The translations under genes and the position numbers were made by a program. A stretch of DNA of 24,000 nt from Macrococcus animalis. Its GTDB lineage: Bacteria > Bacillota > Bacilli > Staphylococcales > Staphylococcaceae. The stretch is from NCBI RefSeq assembly GCF_047425875.1, contig NZ_CP179727.1:712259-736258 (forward strand), given 5' to 3'. Shown piece by piece: positions 1 through 9,131 of this stretch (position 1 is the stretch's first letter; the number at the start of each line of letters is the position of its first letter). The notes beneath the pieces are model-generated. The model made no database searches. It was not told the DNA's origin and saw nothing but the letters and a program-made list of their open reading frames with translations.

Positions 1-974
1 TGCTACTCACTGAGATATTAGACCTATTCAGAAATCAACCTGAAGGCATGTCACGTAACGATATACTGCCCCATTTCAATTTAAATATAACGAAGCTTGG
101 CGCAGTATTAAAGTATTTATTTGTCCATGAATATATCTTAATGGATAAACGAAAGTATGTGATTAATCCAGATAAACATTTTGACGCTGTGAGTAACGCT
201 CAACTACAACAATCCTTAAATGCAACCCGCCTTCAAGAACTTGAGAACTTGAAGCGTTTCGTGAATTACGATGGTTGCTATATGAAATACATTGCGGATG
301 AACTTGATGCGCCTGACCTACAAGAAAAATGTGGTATTTGTGCGCATTGTAGAAATCGTGAATTTATCAGTCTAAAGAAAGACCATCCGATGATAGAAGT
401 TGCGAGTAGCTATAAGAATAAATTGCATGGCGAAATACTGCCTCGTAAACGTTGGTCAAATAACAAGAAAATTGATGAACCACTACAATTCCAACCAGGA
501 TGGACATATACAACAGATCCATACTCACCTGTTGGTAAGAAGTTTATGTTTGAACGTGATAATAATCATTTCTCAGATAAGACAACCTTACAGATTAGTC
601 AATTCTTAAAAGATCATATACAAGCGTACGAAATCAATGCAGTCGTAAGTGTACCTAGTTTGCATAGACCGAAACTCACAAAACACTTAGCTCAAGCAAT
701 CGCTGACTATAATCAAATTGAATACATTGATGCCGCCATTAAAACAAGTGCTGGACAACGTCAAAGTGATATGCAAAACTCCATCATGCAAGAGCAAAAT
801 ATTCAAGAAACAATTGCAATTCAAAATAATGAGTTACTCAACAATAAAAACATATTACTCATTGATGACACCGTTAATTCACGTTGGACAATGACCGTTG
901 TCGCATCAAAACTACTTGAACATGCCAATACTGTTTATCCATTCGCACTTGTGAATACTGGACCAGGAGAATAA
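1..974 (+). CDS. RecQ-family DNA helicase, C-terminal part (5' end lies left of the window): RecQ zinc module followed by a ComF/phosphoribosyltransferase-like domain
   Basis: The frame is open from base 3 (LLTEILDLFRNQPEG precedes the first Met at 48), so the gene is truncated by the window edge. Stop TAA at 972-974. RecQ-type Zn-binding pattern GCYMKYIADELD...EKCGICAHC. C-terminal ComFC/type-I PRTase-like pattern VVSVPSLHRPKL...GQRQSDMQN...NILLIDDTVNSRWTMTV. Confidence 0.7.
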   Translation, partial: LLTEILDLFRNQPEGMSRNDILPHFNLNITKLGAVLKYLFVHEYILMDKRKYVINPDKHFDAVSNAQLQQSLNATRLQELENLKRFVNYDGCYMKYIADELDAPDLQEKCGICAHCRNREFISLKKDHPMIEVASSYKNKLHGEILPRKRWSNNKKIDEPLQFQPGWTYTTDPYSPVGKKFMFERDNNHFSDKTTLQISQFLKDHIQAYEINAVVSVPSLHRPKLTKHLAQAIADYNQIEYIDAAIKTSAGQRQSDMQNSIMQEQNIQETIAIQNNELLNNKNILLIDDTVNSRWTMTVVASKLLEHANTVYPFALVNTGPGE

Positions 975-978
975 AAAA

Positions 979-1013
979 TACCTTTCAAGATTATTTTCTT
1001 GAAAGGTATTTCT
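979..1013. terminator. Bidirectional rho-independent terminator between convergent genes
   Basis: Perfect 12-bp stem TACCTTTCAAGA (979-990) / TCTTGAAAGGTA (997-1008) with a 6-nt loop. An A-run lies upstream (973-978) and a T-rich tract downstream. Confidence 0.8.
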
Positions 1014-1014
1014 A

Positions 1015-1776
1015 TTACTTTTGATATTTAAATACAGGGTAACCGAGTGAATTCTCAAATACACCCGCAGCTTTAATTTTCTTTACGTAATCGGTATTAA
1101 TACGGTAATAAAATGTATCTACACCTGGCTTTTCTGCAAAACCTTGATACCCCGTCACCATAATACCGTTATCTGTTGCCGTTTTGTAACCCATATGAAT
1201 AATTTTATTTTTACTTAATATCACACCCGTATGACCTAAAGGACCACGGCTATTTTTCTTATCTCCTAATATAAAGATATCTCCATAACGTACCTGACTC
1301 TTCTTGATTGGCGTGAATAAACGATTTTCTTGAGCGAACATTGTTGTTGTATCACCTAATACTGTTTGTTTCGGCAAGTAACCCGCTTCTATCATCGCAG
1401 CATATACAGCACTTGAACAATCCCATGTCTTAGTGCCCCAACGACCCGCGTAAGATAAATAACTCGTCTTACCCATGCGATCATAGAACCACTGCACCAT
1501 CACATCTTTACTCGGTGAACTACGTTTATAAATCGGTAACGTATTCTTAGGATTCGACGTTACAAGGCGATCACCAACGTAAGTCGCATCAAGGACTAAT
1601 GCATTCCATTTCTTGAAATTTTCTGGCGTGATATTGTATTTTTTTGAAATCGAATAGACACTGTCTTTTGCTGTAACGGTATGTACTCTAATCGTTTTAT
1701 AACGCTTCGCATCGACATTATTCAGTGGTGTTAATAGCATTGCAACAGCTGCTATCGCACAAATCAATTTTTTCAT
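1015..1776 (-). CDS. Secreted LysM-domain peptidoglycan hydrolase (papain-like Cys/His hydrolase, Amidase_5 / NlpC-P60-like)
   Basis: Signal peptide MKKLICAIAAVAMLLTPLNNVDA. LysM-like segment VTAKDSVYSISKKYNITPENFKKWNAL. Catalytic-type pattern TWDCSSAVYAAMIEAGYL ... GDIFILGDKKNSRGPLGHTGVILSKNKIIHM. RBS GAGGAG 6 nt before the ATG. Confidence 0.7.
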   Translation of the reverse strand: MKKLICAIAAVAMLLTPLNNVDAKRYKTIRVHTVTAKDSVYSISKKYNITPENFKKWNALVLDATYVGDRLVTSNPKNTLPIYKRSSPSKDVMVQWFYDRMGKTSYLSYAGRWGTKTWDCSSAVYAAMIEAGYLPKQTVLGDTTTMFAQENRLFTPIKKSQVRYGDIFILGDKKNSRGPLGHTGVILSKNKIIHMGYKTATDNGIMVTGYQGFAEKPGVDTFYYRINTDYVKKIKAAGVFENSLGYPVFKYQK

Positions 1777-1836
1777 AAGAATCTCCTCATTCGTAATATG
1801 TCTCTTTATTATTTCACAGATGAGTGTAATATGTCA

Positions 1837-2733
1837 TTAACTATTTAATTCATTTCTCAATCCTTCATAAACCGCTTGTTCCAAATGCACACCATGCACC
1901 CCTACGACTTTACTCGATACACGGTTAGCAAATTGAATGGCTTCACCTAAGGCTTTACCTTGACTGAGTCCGGCGAGCACGCCACCAGCATGGCTATCTC
2001 CAGCGCCAATTGTGTCAACAACTGTTGCTTCAAATCCTGAGACTTGATGAAATGCTCCATCATAATATGTTGCACCCATTTCCCCAGTCGTTACAATGAC
2101 ATGTGCATTTGTCCAAGCATGCATTTGTATTATTGCTGCTTCTAAAGTCGCTTTCTTCGTCAGTTCTTTTATCTCTTGTTCATTAGCATGCACAATGGGT
2201 GATAATTGATACAAGTTCTCTAATCTATTTGTCTCAATTAATTGTCCTCTCGGTCCAGGACAGAAAATAATCTGCCCACGTGCTGATTTTAGAGATGCAA
2301 TCAAACGTTCACCATCCGCTTCTTCAATCTCTAACCCACATACGTAAATATAGCCATAAGTATCTAGAGCTATATTATTTAACCACCCTGGATCAAACGA
2401 ATACTCTACTCCGTGATGGGATAAGAAAGTTCTATCTCCATTCTCTTCTACAAAACAATAGCAACAACCATTTTCTCCGTCCAAATGAATATCCGTTTTT
2501 ATGCCTAATCGATTCATTTCTTTTCTCACAAAATCCCCATACATTCCCGTGCCAATGGGTGAAATAAATGTATACTCCATTTCCAAATGATGCAGCACAT
2601 TGACGACATTAAATGCACATCCTCCTACTGCCATCATTTGTTCTTTAATATGTTCATCTCCTTGACTTGTGGGTAATTTATCCATGTAAATCATTATATC
2701 TGCTACTGTCGAACCGATTACTAAACATTTCAT
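1837..2733 (-). CDS. PfkB-family carbohydrate kinase, substrate unknown
   Basis: 298 aa. C-terminal PfkB signature DTIGAGDSHAGGVLAGL, plus an N-terminal Gly-rich region (AVGGCAFNV). It differs from the rbsK paralog at 7264-8127. Confidence 0.75.
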   Translation of the reverse strand: MKCLVIGSTVADIMIYMDKLPTSQGDEHIKEQMMAVGGCAFNVVNVLHHLEMEYTFISPIGTGMYGDFVRKEMNRLGIKTDIHLDGENGCCYCFVEENGDRTFLSHHGVEYSFDPGWLNNIALDTYGYIYVCGLEIEEADGERLIASLKSARGQIIFCPGPRGQLIETNRLENLYQLSPIVHANEQEIKELTKKATLEAAIIQMHAWTNAHVIVTTGEMGATYYDGAFHQVSGFEATVVDTIGAGDSHAGGVLAGLSQGKALGEAIQFANRVSSKVVGVHGVHLEQAVYEGLRNELNS

Positions 2734-2822
2734 TATTTAAGCACCTCACTCCATTATTTATATTTTATAACAAATTAACATTTTAATCTTTAATTAAAAA
2801 ATACAATTTTATCCTATTTTCT

Positions 2823-2850
2823 TTTACTTTACTAATTTGTAGGTTATAAT
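2823..2850 (+). promoter_or_regulatory. Candidate sigma-A promoter for the 2878 gene
   Basis: Perfect -10 TATAAT at 2845-2850. Weak -35 TTTACT at 2823-2828 (16-nt spacer). RBS AAGGGGTG lies 5 nt before the ATG at 2878. Confidence 0.35.
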
Positions 2851-2877
2851 ATAAATGATTAAAAAAGGGGTGTAGAC

Positions 2878-3306
2878 ATGATCACGTGGTATATAAAATA
2901 TAACAAGAAATTTTATATCGTAAGCATGATTGGTATGTTGATTATTGCCGTTGTCCTGTTCTATATTTACTTTCCTAAGTATACATTATTTGCAGTATAT
3001 GCATTTCTTATGATGCTACTTATCTGTTATGTTGATACTATTACACAAATTAGGAGATATCTAGAAAACAATAATGCAAAGGCATGGATAGTTGAAAAAT
3101 GGCAACTTCAAGATGCCATAACCTATACAATTGGTTTAGCCATTATAGTTGGCTTAGGTAATATTGTAGTTCAATTATCTCCTCCGAACATTCCAGGTAT
3201 GAGAACGCATTTCACTACGCTCGTTGTCTTTATATTTTTCGCTATTGGAAAATGGTTACGCTATTTTGAATTCAAACGTGAAATGAGAGCAAGCAAAATC
3301 GTATAA
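2878..3306 (+). CDS. Small integral membrane protein (about 4 TM segments), unknown function
   Basis: Good RBS (AAGGGGTG). Hydrophobic segments IVSMIGMLIIAVVLFYIYF, LFAVYAFLMMLLICYV, ITYTIGLAIIVGLGNIVV and LVVFIFFAIGKWL. No family recognised. Confidence 0.55.
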   Translation: MITWYIKYNKKFYIVSMIGMLIIAVVLFYIYFPKYTLFAVYAFLMMLLICYVDTITQIRRYLENNNAKAWIVEKWQLQDAITYTIGLAIIVGLGNIVVQLSPPNIPGMRTHFTTLVVFIFFAIGKWLRYFEFKREMRASKIV

Positions 3307-3419
3307 CCAGGAACTTATATTTGAATTTATTGATGTATGCTATTGTTATCATCGTGAGCATGATCTATAAGTATTAAAATTGGCCAAAGAAGAACTCAGA
3401 TTATTAATAAAGAAAACTC

Positions 3420-3470
3420 AAACGACCTCAGTAAGCGATAAAATCTATTTGTCGCTTACTAAGGTCGTTT
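3420..3470. terminator. Bidirectional terminator (end of rbs operon, and of the 2878 gene)
   Basis: Long interrupted stem AAACGACCT-c-AGTAAGCGA (3420-3438) / TCGCTTACT-a-AGGTCGTTT (3452-3470). T-rich tracts follow on both strands. Confidence 0.8.
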
Positions 3471-3480
3471 ATTTAGATTT

Positions 3481-4395
3481 TTATTTTTGTTCTACTAATT
3501 TTAAAGGCACTTTAACTTCTTTATCTACTTTTTTACCATCTTTTAATTCTAAAATAGATTTAACTGCAGTTTCACCCATTAAAGCCGGTTGTTGTGCAAT
3601 TGTTGCATCTAATTTTTTGTTGTCTATAGATTTGATAGCATCATCATTACCATCAAAACCAACAACTAAAATATCTTTATTCCCCAATGCTTCAATAGCT
3701 CCTAATGCCATTTCATCATTGTGAGCGAAGATTGCTTTAATCTCTGGATGAGATTCAATCATGTTTTGTGCTACATTTAATCCTTCTGCACGGTTAAATT
3801 TCGCTGTTTGTTTAGTAACGACATCTAATTCTTTATCGGCTACTTTATGGAAACCTTCTCCACGTTCACGTGTTGCACTTGCACCTGGAACACCCTCAAG
3901 TTCAGCTACTTTCGCTTTTTTACCTACTTGTTTAACGATAAAGTCTCCAGCCATTTGCCCACCTTCAACGTTGTTTGAAGCGATGAATTGCGTTACTTCA
4001 CCTTTATCAACAGAACGGTCTAAAGTAATAACAGGAATATTTTCGTTATTTGCATTTTCTACTGCAGCTGAAATGGCTGCTGAGTCAGTTGGGTTAACGA
4101 TTAAATAATCTACTTTTTGTTGAATTAAATCATCAATGTCATTTGATTGTTTTGCTGAATCATCTTGAGCGTCTACTACTTTTACTTTAAAGTCATTTGC
4201 TTTCGCTTCTTTTTCAATTGCATCTTTAATTGAAACGAAAAATGGGTTATTTAAAGTCGATAAACTTACACCAACAGTAATATCTTTATTTGCTTTATCT
4301 GTTTTACCCGCTTCTTTTTCTTTCGTCGGTGAATCTAAACTACATGCTGATAATGCTAATACCATCACTAAGATCATTGCTAAAAACTTTTTCAT
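3481..4395 (-). CDS. rbsB: Ribose ABC transporter substrate-binding lipoprotein
   Basis: Lipobox LALSAC. Periplasmic-binding-protein type I sequence (VGVSLSTLNNPFFVSIKD..., AHNDEMALGAIEAL). Start taken at ATG 4395 (MKKFLAM), preceded by AAGGAGTG. The track start at 4404 is a GTG inside that RBS. Last gene of the rbs operon. Confidence 0.85.
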   Translation of the reverse strand: MKKFLAMILVMVLALSACSLDSPTKEKEAGKTDKANKDITVGVSLSTLNNPFFVSIKDAIEKEAKANDFKVKVVDAQDDSAKQSNDIDDLIQQKVDYLIVNPTDSAAISAAVENANNENIPVITLDRSVDKGEVTQFIASNNVEGGQMAGDFIVKQVGKKAKVAELEGVPGASATRERGEGFHKVADKELDVVTKQTAKFNRAEGLNVAQNMIESHPEIKAIFAHNDEMALGAIEALGNKDILVVGFDGNDDAIKSIDNKKLDATIAQQPALMGETAVKSILELKDGKKVDKEVKVPLKLVEQK

Positions 4396-4432
4396 AAATA
4401 ACACTCCTTATATTTTTATTATTGAATAACCA

Positions 4433-5374
4433 TTATTTTTTTCTATCAATTAATACTGCAATTAAAATCACGACACCTTTAATCACTTGTTGATAGAATG
4501 ATGAAACGCCTAATAAATTTAAACCATTATTGAGTACACCAATGATTAAAACACCAATTAATGTACCAAAAATTCGTCCTTTTCCTCCTGTTAAAGAAGT
4601 TCCACCTAATACAACTGCTGCGATTGCATCTAGTTCATAAGATGTACCTGCAGTTGGTTGCGCTGAATTTAATCTAGAAGTTAATATTGCACCCGCAATC
4701 GCTGCCATTAAACCTGATATTGAATAAATTAAGATCTTCACTTTATTGACTTTAATACCTGAAATGAAAGCGGCCTTTTCATTACCACCAATAGCATACG
4801 TATTTTTACCAAATACCGTTTTATGTAAAATAAAATATAGTACTAAAAATACAATTAACATTGTGATGGCTGGTACAGGAATACCCAATAGATATCCTTT
4901 ACCAAACATTTGAAATAATACATTATCGCCTAAGTTTGTGATAGGATTACCGTCTGTCACTACTAAAGTTAAGCCGCGAAAAATCGTCATTGTTGCTAAC
5001 GTTGCAATGAATGGTGCCATTTTACCAAAAGTAATTAAAATACCGTTTACTGCTCCTAAAATTGCGCCAATTAATGCACCAATTAATAATGCTAGAATAG
5101 GATCTACCCCACTCGTAATCATTAATGCTGTTAAAGCACTCGATAATGCAAGGATTGATCCGACACTTAAATCAATACCACCTGTTAATATTACAAAAGT
5201 CATCCCAAAAGCGATTAAGCCATTAATTGAAACTTGTCTTAATAAGTTAAAAATATTGCTTGGTGCTATAAAACTACTATTTAAAGCGGTGATTACAATA
5301 ACAAGAATAATTAATCCAAGTAATGGTCCTAATCGTTCGATAATATTACCTTTTTTGTTTAAACTTTTATCCAT
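4433..5374 (-). CDS. rbsC: Ribose ABC transporter permease
   Basis: Polytopic membrane protein of the RbsC/AraH type. Start taken at ATG 5374 (MDKSLNKK), 8 nt after AGGAGG. It overlaps the rbsA stop by 8 nt (ATGGATAA). Confidence 0.85.
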   Translation of the reverse strand: MDKSLNKKGNIIERLGPLLGLIILVIVITALNSSFIAPSNIFNLLRQVSINGLIAFGMTFVILTGGIDLSVGSILALSSALTALMITSGVDPILALLIGALIGAILGAVNGILITFGKMAPFIATLATMTIFRGLTLVVTDGNPITNLGDNVLFQMFGKGYLLGIPVPAITMLIVFLVLYFILHKTVFGKNTYAIGGNEKAAFISGIKVNKVKILIYSISGLMAAIAGAILTSRLNSAQPTAGTSYELDAIAAVVLGGTSLTGGKGRIFGTLIGVLIIGVLNNGLNLLGVSSFYQQVIKGVVILIAVLIDRKK

Positions 5375-6851
5375 TGATAACGCCTCCTGTAGCAAGAGTC
5401 ATAATATTTTCTTGTGAAATTTGAGACTTGCTTAATTCTCCAGTAATTTTTCCTTCTTGTAATACATAAACACGGTCACTTAGACCAATGATTTCTGGCA
5501 TTTCAGATGACACCATGATGATTGATATACCTCGTTCAGTCAGTTCATTCATTAATGTATAAATCTCACGTTTCGCTCCGACATCAATCCCGCGTGTAGG
5601 TTCATCTAAAATGAGTACTTTAGGACCGTTACCCACCCATTTCGCAAGTACTACTTTTTGCTGGTTCCCACCAGATAAAGATGACACTGCAAGTGATTTA
5701 TTTGATTTAATTGAAAGTCTCTCTTGCATTTTATCTACGAATAAATCAAGTGGTTTATCAAGTACAACACCATTTTTAGAGAAACTTTTTAAATTTGCTA
5801 GTGTCATATTATCTTTAATTGAAGCATCTAATACAAGCCCTTCATCTTTACGATTCTCTGTAATAAAGCCAAAACCATGTTTTATAGCATCTTGGGGATT
5901 ATTATTTGTAATCTTCTTTCCTTCTAATTGAATAGATTTAGAGCCCTTGTCTAATCCAAATAAAGAACGCATGATTTCAGTACGTCCAGCACCCATCAAT
6001 CCACTAAAACCAAGAATTTCACCTTTACGTAAATTGAAATGAATATCTCTCATTCCGAATATGTCATTGCTCAAGTTTTTAACTTCCAGAATAACTTCGC
6101 CAGGTGATACAGTTCTGTCAGGAAACTGTTGATCTAAGCTACGTCCAACCATTGCATGTACTAGTTCGTTATAATTTGTTTCATTGGTTGGTTTTGACAT
6201 TACTGAAGTACCGTCACGCATAACAGTAATTTCATCTGAAATTGTAAATATCTCATCCATTCTATGACTGATATAAACGAATGAAACACCCTCAGATTTT
6301 AACTGATTAATCATAATAAATAATTTATCTATTTCTTTATCCGTTAGCGCTGCTGTAGGTTCATCCATAATAATGACTTTCGCATCTGTCATTAGCGCTT
6401 TAGAAATCTCAATCATTTGTTGCTCACCTATTGAGCAACTACCTGCCACTTTATTAAGAGGTAATTTAAAGTCTAATCGCTCAAACACTTTATTAGCTTC
6501 TTCCTTCATTCTCTTTTCATTTAATTTACCAAATTTATTTCGAATTTCTTTACCCACAAACAGATTTTCAAGAACAGTCATTTCTGGCCAAACATTGAGT
6601 TCTTGATGAATAAACTGTATGCCCGCTACTTCTGATTCTTTAGGAGATTTATAGTCTACAATGTTTCCATCTACTTTTATTTCGCCTTGATCTTTCGTAT
6701 GAATCCCTGTAAGAATATTCATTAAAGTAGATTTCCCAGCACCATTCTCACCCATAAGCGCATGAACCGTTTGATTATTTAATCTAAAATCTACTCCCTG
6801 AAGCACTTTATTATCTCCAAATGCTTTGTGGATATTTGTCATTTCTATCAT
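5367..6851 (-). CDS. rbsA: Ribose ABC transporter ATP-binding protein (duplicated ATPase)
   Basis: Two Walker A motifs (GENGAGKST, GLMGAGRTE), ABC signature LSGGNQQK, and Walker B motifs IIIMDEPT / LILDEPT. RBS AGGGGGTG. Confidence 0.9.
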   Translation of the reverse strand: MIEMTNIHKAFGDNKVLQGVDFRLNNQTVHALMGENGAGKSTLMNILTGIHTKDQGEIKVDGNIVDYKSPKESEVAGIQFIHQELNVWPEMTVLENLFVGKEIRNKFGKLNEKRMKEEANKVFERLDFKLPLNKVAGSCSIGEQQMIEISKALMTDAKVIIMDEPTAALTDKEIDKLFIMINQLKSEGVSFVYISHRMDEIFTISDEITVMRDGTSVMSKPTNETNYNELVHAMVGRSLDQQFPDRTVSPGEVILEVKNLSNDIFGMRDIHFNLRKGEILGFSGLMGAGRTEIMRSLFGLDKGSKSIQLEGKKITNNNPQDAIKHGFGFITENRKDEGLVLDASIKDNMTLANLKSFSKNGVVLDKPLDLFVDKMQERLSIKSNKSLAVSSLSGGNQQKVVLAKWVGNGPKVLILDEPTRGIDVGAKREIYTLMNELTERGISIIMVSSEMPEIIGLSDRVYVLQEGKITGELSKSQISQENIMTLATGGVING

Positions 6852-6862
6852 TTCAACACCCC

Positions 6863-7267
6863 CTAAAAGTTAACACCACTTCTTAGAATAATATTTGCAT
6901 ATGGCGTTGCTTCACCTGTACGAATAATAACTTTTGCATGTTTACTTAAATCCTTAAATTCTTCATGTGTTACATAGCTAGTTTCAGTATCACCCATTAA
7001 CTTTTCAATTGCTGTTAATACTTTCGTATTCGCTGATTTAATTTCGCTGGCTAACGTGATATGTTCGATAACCATATGACGTTCAATCTCAGTTAATACA
7101 TCTATAAAACTAGGTAATCCTTTTACTAGTGCTAAATCTATTTTCTTTATACCTTCTGGTACCGGTAGACCACAATCACCAATTACAATTTCATCTGTAT
7201 GTCCTAAATCACTTAATACTTTAGAAATCTCGCTGTTTAAAGTTCCTGTCTTATACAAATCAATCAC
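6863..7267 (-). CDS. rbsD: D-ribose pyranase
   Basis: RbsD/FucU pattern [29 protein letters not shown] start overlapping the rbsK stop (GTGA). An alternative TTG start 9 nt downstream, with GGAG 8 nt upstream, is also possible. Confidence 0.8.
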   Translation of the reverse strand: MIDLYKTGTLNSEISKVLSDLGHTDEIVIGDCGLPVPEGIKKIDLALVKGLPSFIDVLTEIERHMVIEHITLASEIKSANTKVLTAIEKLMGDTETSYVTHEEFKDLSKHAKVIIRTGEATPYANIILRSGVNF

Positions 7268-8127
7268 TCCATATCTTTTCTATATGGCATTCCGCCTTGA
7301 GCACCTAAACCGCCTACTGAAATACTAGCAGCACGATTTGCAAACTTTAACGCTTCACTGAGTGCCATATCTTCACTTAACGCGACTGCTAATGCACCAT
7401 TAAATGTATCACCAGCACCTGTTGTATCAACAACTTTCGCTTTAATACTTGGAATATTGATAAGTGACTCATCGTAATACGTTGCGCCTTTATCACCAAG
7501 TGTCACAATCATTTGATTAGGGAATTCTGCAATCAGTGTTTCAAAACCTTCTCCAAACATGTCTTTCACTTCAGTTTCATTTGGCGTAAAATAAGATACT
7601 TTTGATAATAAATTTTTGTCTATTTCAATATAAGGTGCTGGATTATATATTGTTGTAATACCTTTTTCAAAGCTTTTTTCAATAATATATTCTATTACTG
7701 ACTTAGGTATTTCATTTTGTAATAAAATGATACTCTCATCTGAAATATTCTCCATCACTTTATCTACCAGTGCTTCAGAAACTTTTCCGTTCGCACTTGG
7801 TACTACAATAATTGAATTATCATGATCAGCTAACGTGATATGTGCAGTACCACTTGCACAATGTGTAATCGGTTCCACATAATCCACATTAACTTTATTT
7901 TCTTTCAAATTATTTACGATCATTTCTGCAAAGCTATCATCTCCAACACAACCTACCATTCGAACGTTAGCACCTAATCGTGCAGCACTAACCGCTTGGT
8001 TGGCTCCCTTACCACCATTTGTCATGAAGAATGATTCTCCTAAAATCGTCTCACCTTTTTTAGGGAGTCTTGTTGCCTGTGTAACTAAATCAACAGACAT
8101 ACTACCAATAACATAAATATCTTTCAT
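7264..8127 (-). CDS. rbsK: Ribokinase
   Basis: PfkB signatures GGKGANQAV and [26 protein letters not shown] inside the 3' end of rbsR. Its position in the rbs operon also supports the call. Confidence 0.85.
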   Translation of the reverse strand: MKDIYVIGSMSVDLVTQATRLPKKGETILGESFFMTNGGKGANQAVSAARLGANVRMVGCVGDDSFAEMIVNNLKENKVNVDYVEPITHCASGTAHITLADHDNSIIVVPSANGKVSEALVDKVMENISDESIILLQNEIPKSVIEYIIEKSFEKGITTIYNPAPYIEIDKNLLSKVSYFTPNETEVKDMFGEGFETLIAEFPNQMIVTLGDKGATYYDESLINIPSIKAKVVDTTGAGDTFNGALAVALSEDMALSEALKFANRAASISVGGLGAQGGMPYRKDME

Positions 8128-8128
8128 A

Positions 8129-9091
8129 TTAATCTCTCCTCGTACTATTACGTTCTATTAAACAAACATCAACCACAACGTGTTCCACAATATCTTTCAT
8201 TTGAATGAGATTAATTAAATTCTCACAAGCTACTTTTCCAAGTTCATATGCAGGCTGTCTGACCGTTGTAATGCTCGGATAATAACTTTCACTCATTTGA
8301 ATATCATCAAAACCAATCACTTTAACATCCTTAGGAATTCTTATACCGTTGTTCTGTAATATCCCCATTACTTGAATAGCGCACATATCATTACAACATA
8401 TTATACCGTCATATAATTCACTTCTCATTTGATCAAGTAATGAATTGCCTATTTCAGCAACTTCTAATACATCAAATGCTAATGCAGCATCCTTAAGCGT
8501 CTTGCATGCTGTTTCAAATCGTTTATTAAATGAACTGAACTGTGGGTTGCCTGAAATTACTAATATCTTTTTACAACCAGCATTCATTAAACATTCTGCC
8601 TGCAGTATTCCGCCCTTTTCATGATTCGCTTCAACAGTTACTACGCCTTCCTCAATACGATCTAACATAACGTGATGCATTCCATTATGCTTAATTGAGT
8701 CATCAGTATATAAATATTGCAAAGCTGATGAAATAAAACCAACACAATTATTTAACTGAAAAGTTTCAATATAACTTAATTCTTTTTCAGGTTGTTGATC
8801 ACTATTACCGATAATAATATGAAACCCATGCTCTAGTGCAGTATCTTCAACACCTCTAGCAACAAGCGTGAAGAATGGATTGGTTATATCAGGAAGAAGT
8901 AATCCAATCATTTTAGACTTTTTATTGTATAGTGATCTTGCAGTTTCATTCGGCTTGTAATTTAAAGATTCAATTGCACGATTAATCTTCTTTAAAGTAT
9001 CTTCATGAACATATCCTGAATTATTAATAGCTCTTGATACTGTTGCAACAGAAACACCTGATTCACGTGCTACATCTTTGATAGTTGGCAT
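8129..9091 (-). CDS. rbsR: LacI-family transcriptional repressor of the ribose operon
   Basis: N-terminal HTH MPTIKDVARESGVSVATVSRAINN plus a sugar-binding core. Start taken at ATG 9091, preceded by GGAGGGG. The 33 extra codons of the track ORF (to 9190) run through the promoter and operators and are rejected. Confidence 0.8.
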   Translation of the reverse strand: MPTIKDVARESGVSVATVSRAINNSGYVHEDTLKKINRAIESLNYKPNETARSLYNKKSKMIGLLLPDITNPFFTLVARGVEDTALEHGFHIIIGNSDQQPEKELSYIETFQLNNCVGFISSALQYLYTDDSIKHNGMHHVMLDRIEEGVVTVEANHEKGGILQAECLMNAGCKKILVISGNPQFSSFNKRFETACKTLKDAALAFDVLEVAEIGNSLLDQMRSELYDGIICCNDMCAIQVMGILQNNGIRIPKDVKVIGFDDIQMSESYYPSITTVRQPAYELGKVACENLINLIQMKDIVEHVVVDVCLIERNSTRRD

Positions 9092-9112
9092 TCTGTCCCC
9101 TCCAAACATTAA

Positions 9113-9130
9113 TGTGTAACCGATTACACA
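9113..9130 (-). promoter_or_regulatory. LacI-family operator palindrome between the -10 and the RBS of rbsR
   Basis: TGTGTAA-CCGA-TTACACA has perfect 7-bp arms. The core TGTAATCGGTTACA (minus strand) fits the TGNAANCGNTTNCA LacI/CcpA-type pattern. Confidence 0.6.
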
Positions 9131-9131
9131 T

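Noticed and set aside
400-609. 69-aa ORF in another frame inside the helicase gene
   Set aside because: It is fully embedded in a CDS with clear family motifs. It has no RBS and a low-complexity I/N/R-rich translation typical of off-frame AT-rich sequence.
1777-1836. WalR (TGTWAH-N5-TGTWAH) binding site upstream of the LysM hydrolase
   Set aside because: A single TGTAAT is present, but no second half-site at the 5-nt spacing occurs on either strand.
2280-2567. 95-aa plus-strand ORF antisense to the PfkB kinase
   Set aside because: It lies opposite a well-supported CDS, with no RBS and no recognisable motif.
3380-4108. Plus-strand ORFs 3380-3724 and 3761-4108
   Set aside because: Both are antisense to rbsB. 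The first begins inside the terminator hairpin, and both translate to S/L/T-rich shadow sequence.
4938-6606. Plus-strand ORFs 4938-5417 (159 aa), 5611-5931 and 6373-6606
   Set aside because: They are antisense shadows of rbsC and rbsA. Their length comes from the codon bias of the real genes, and they have no start signals.
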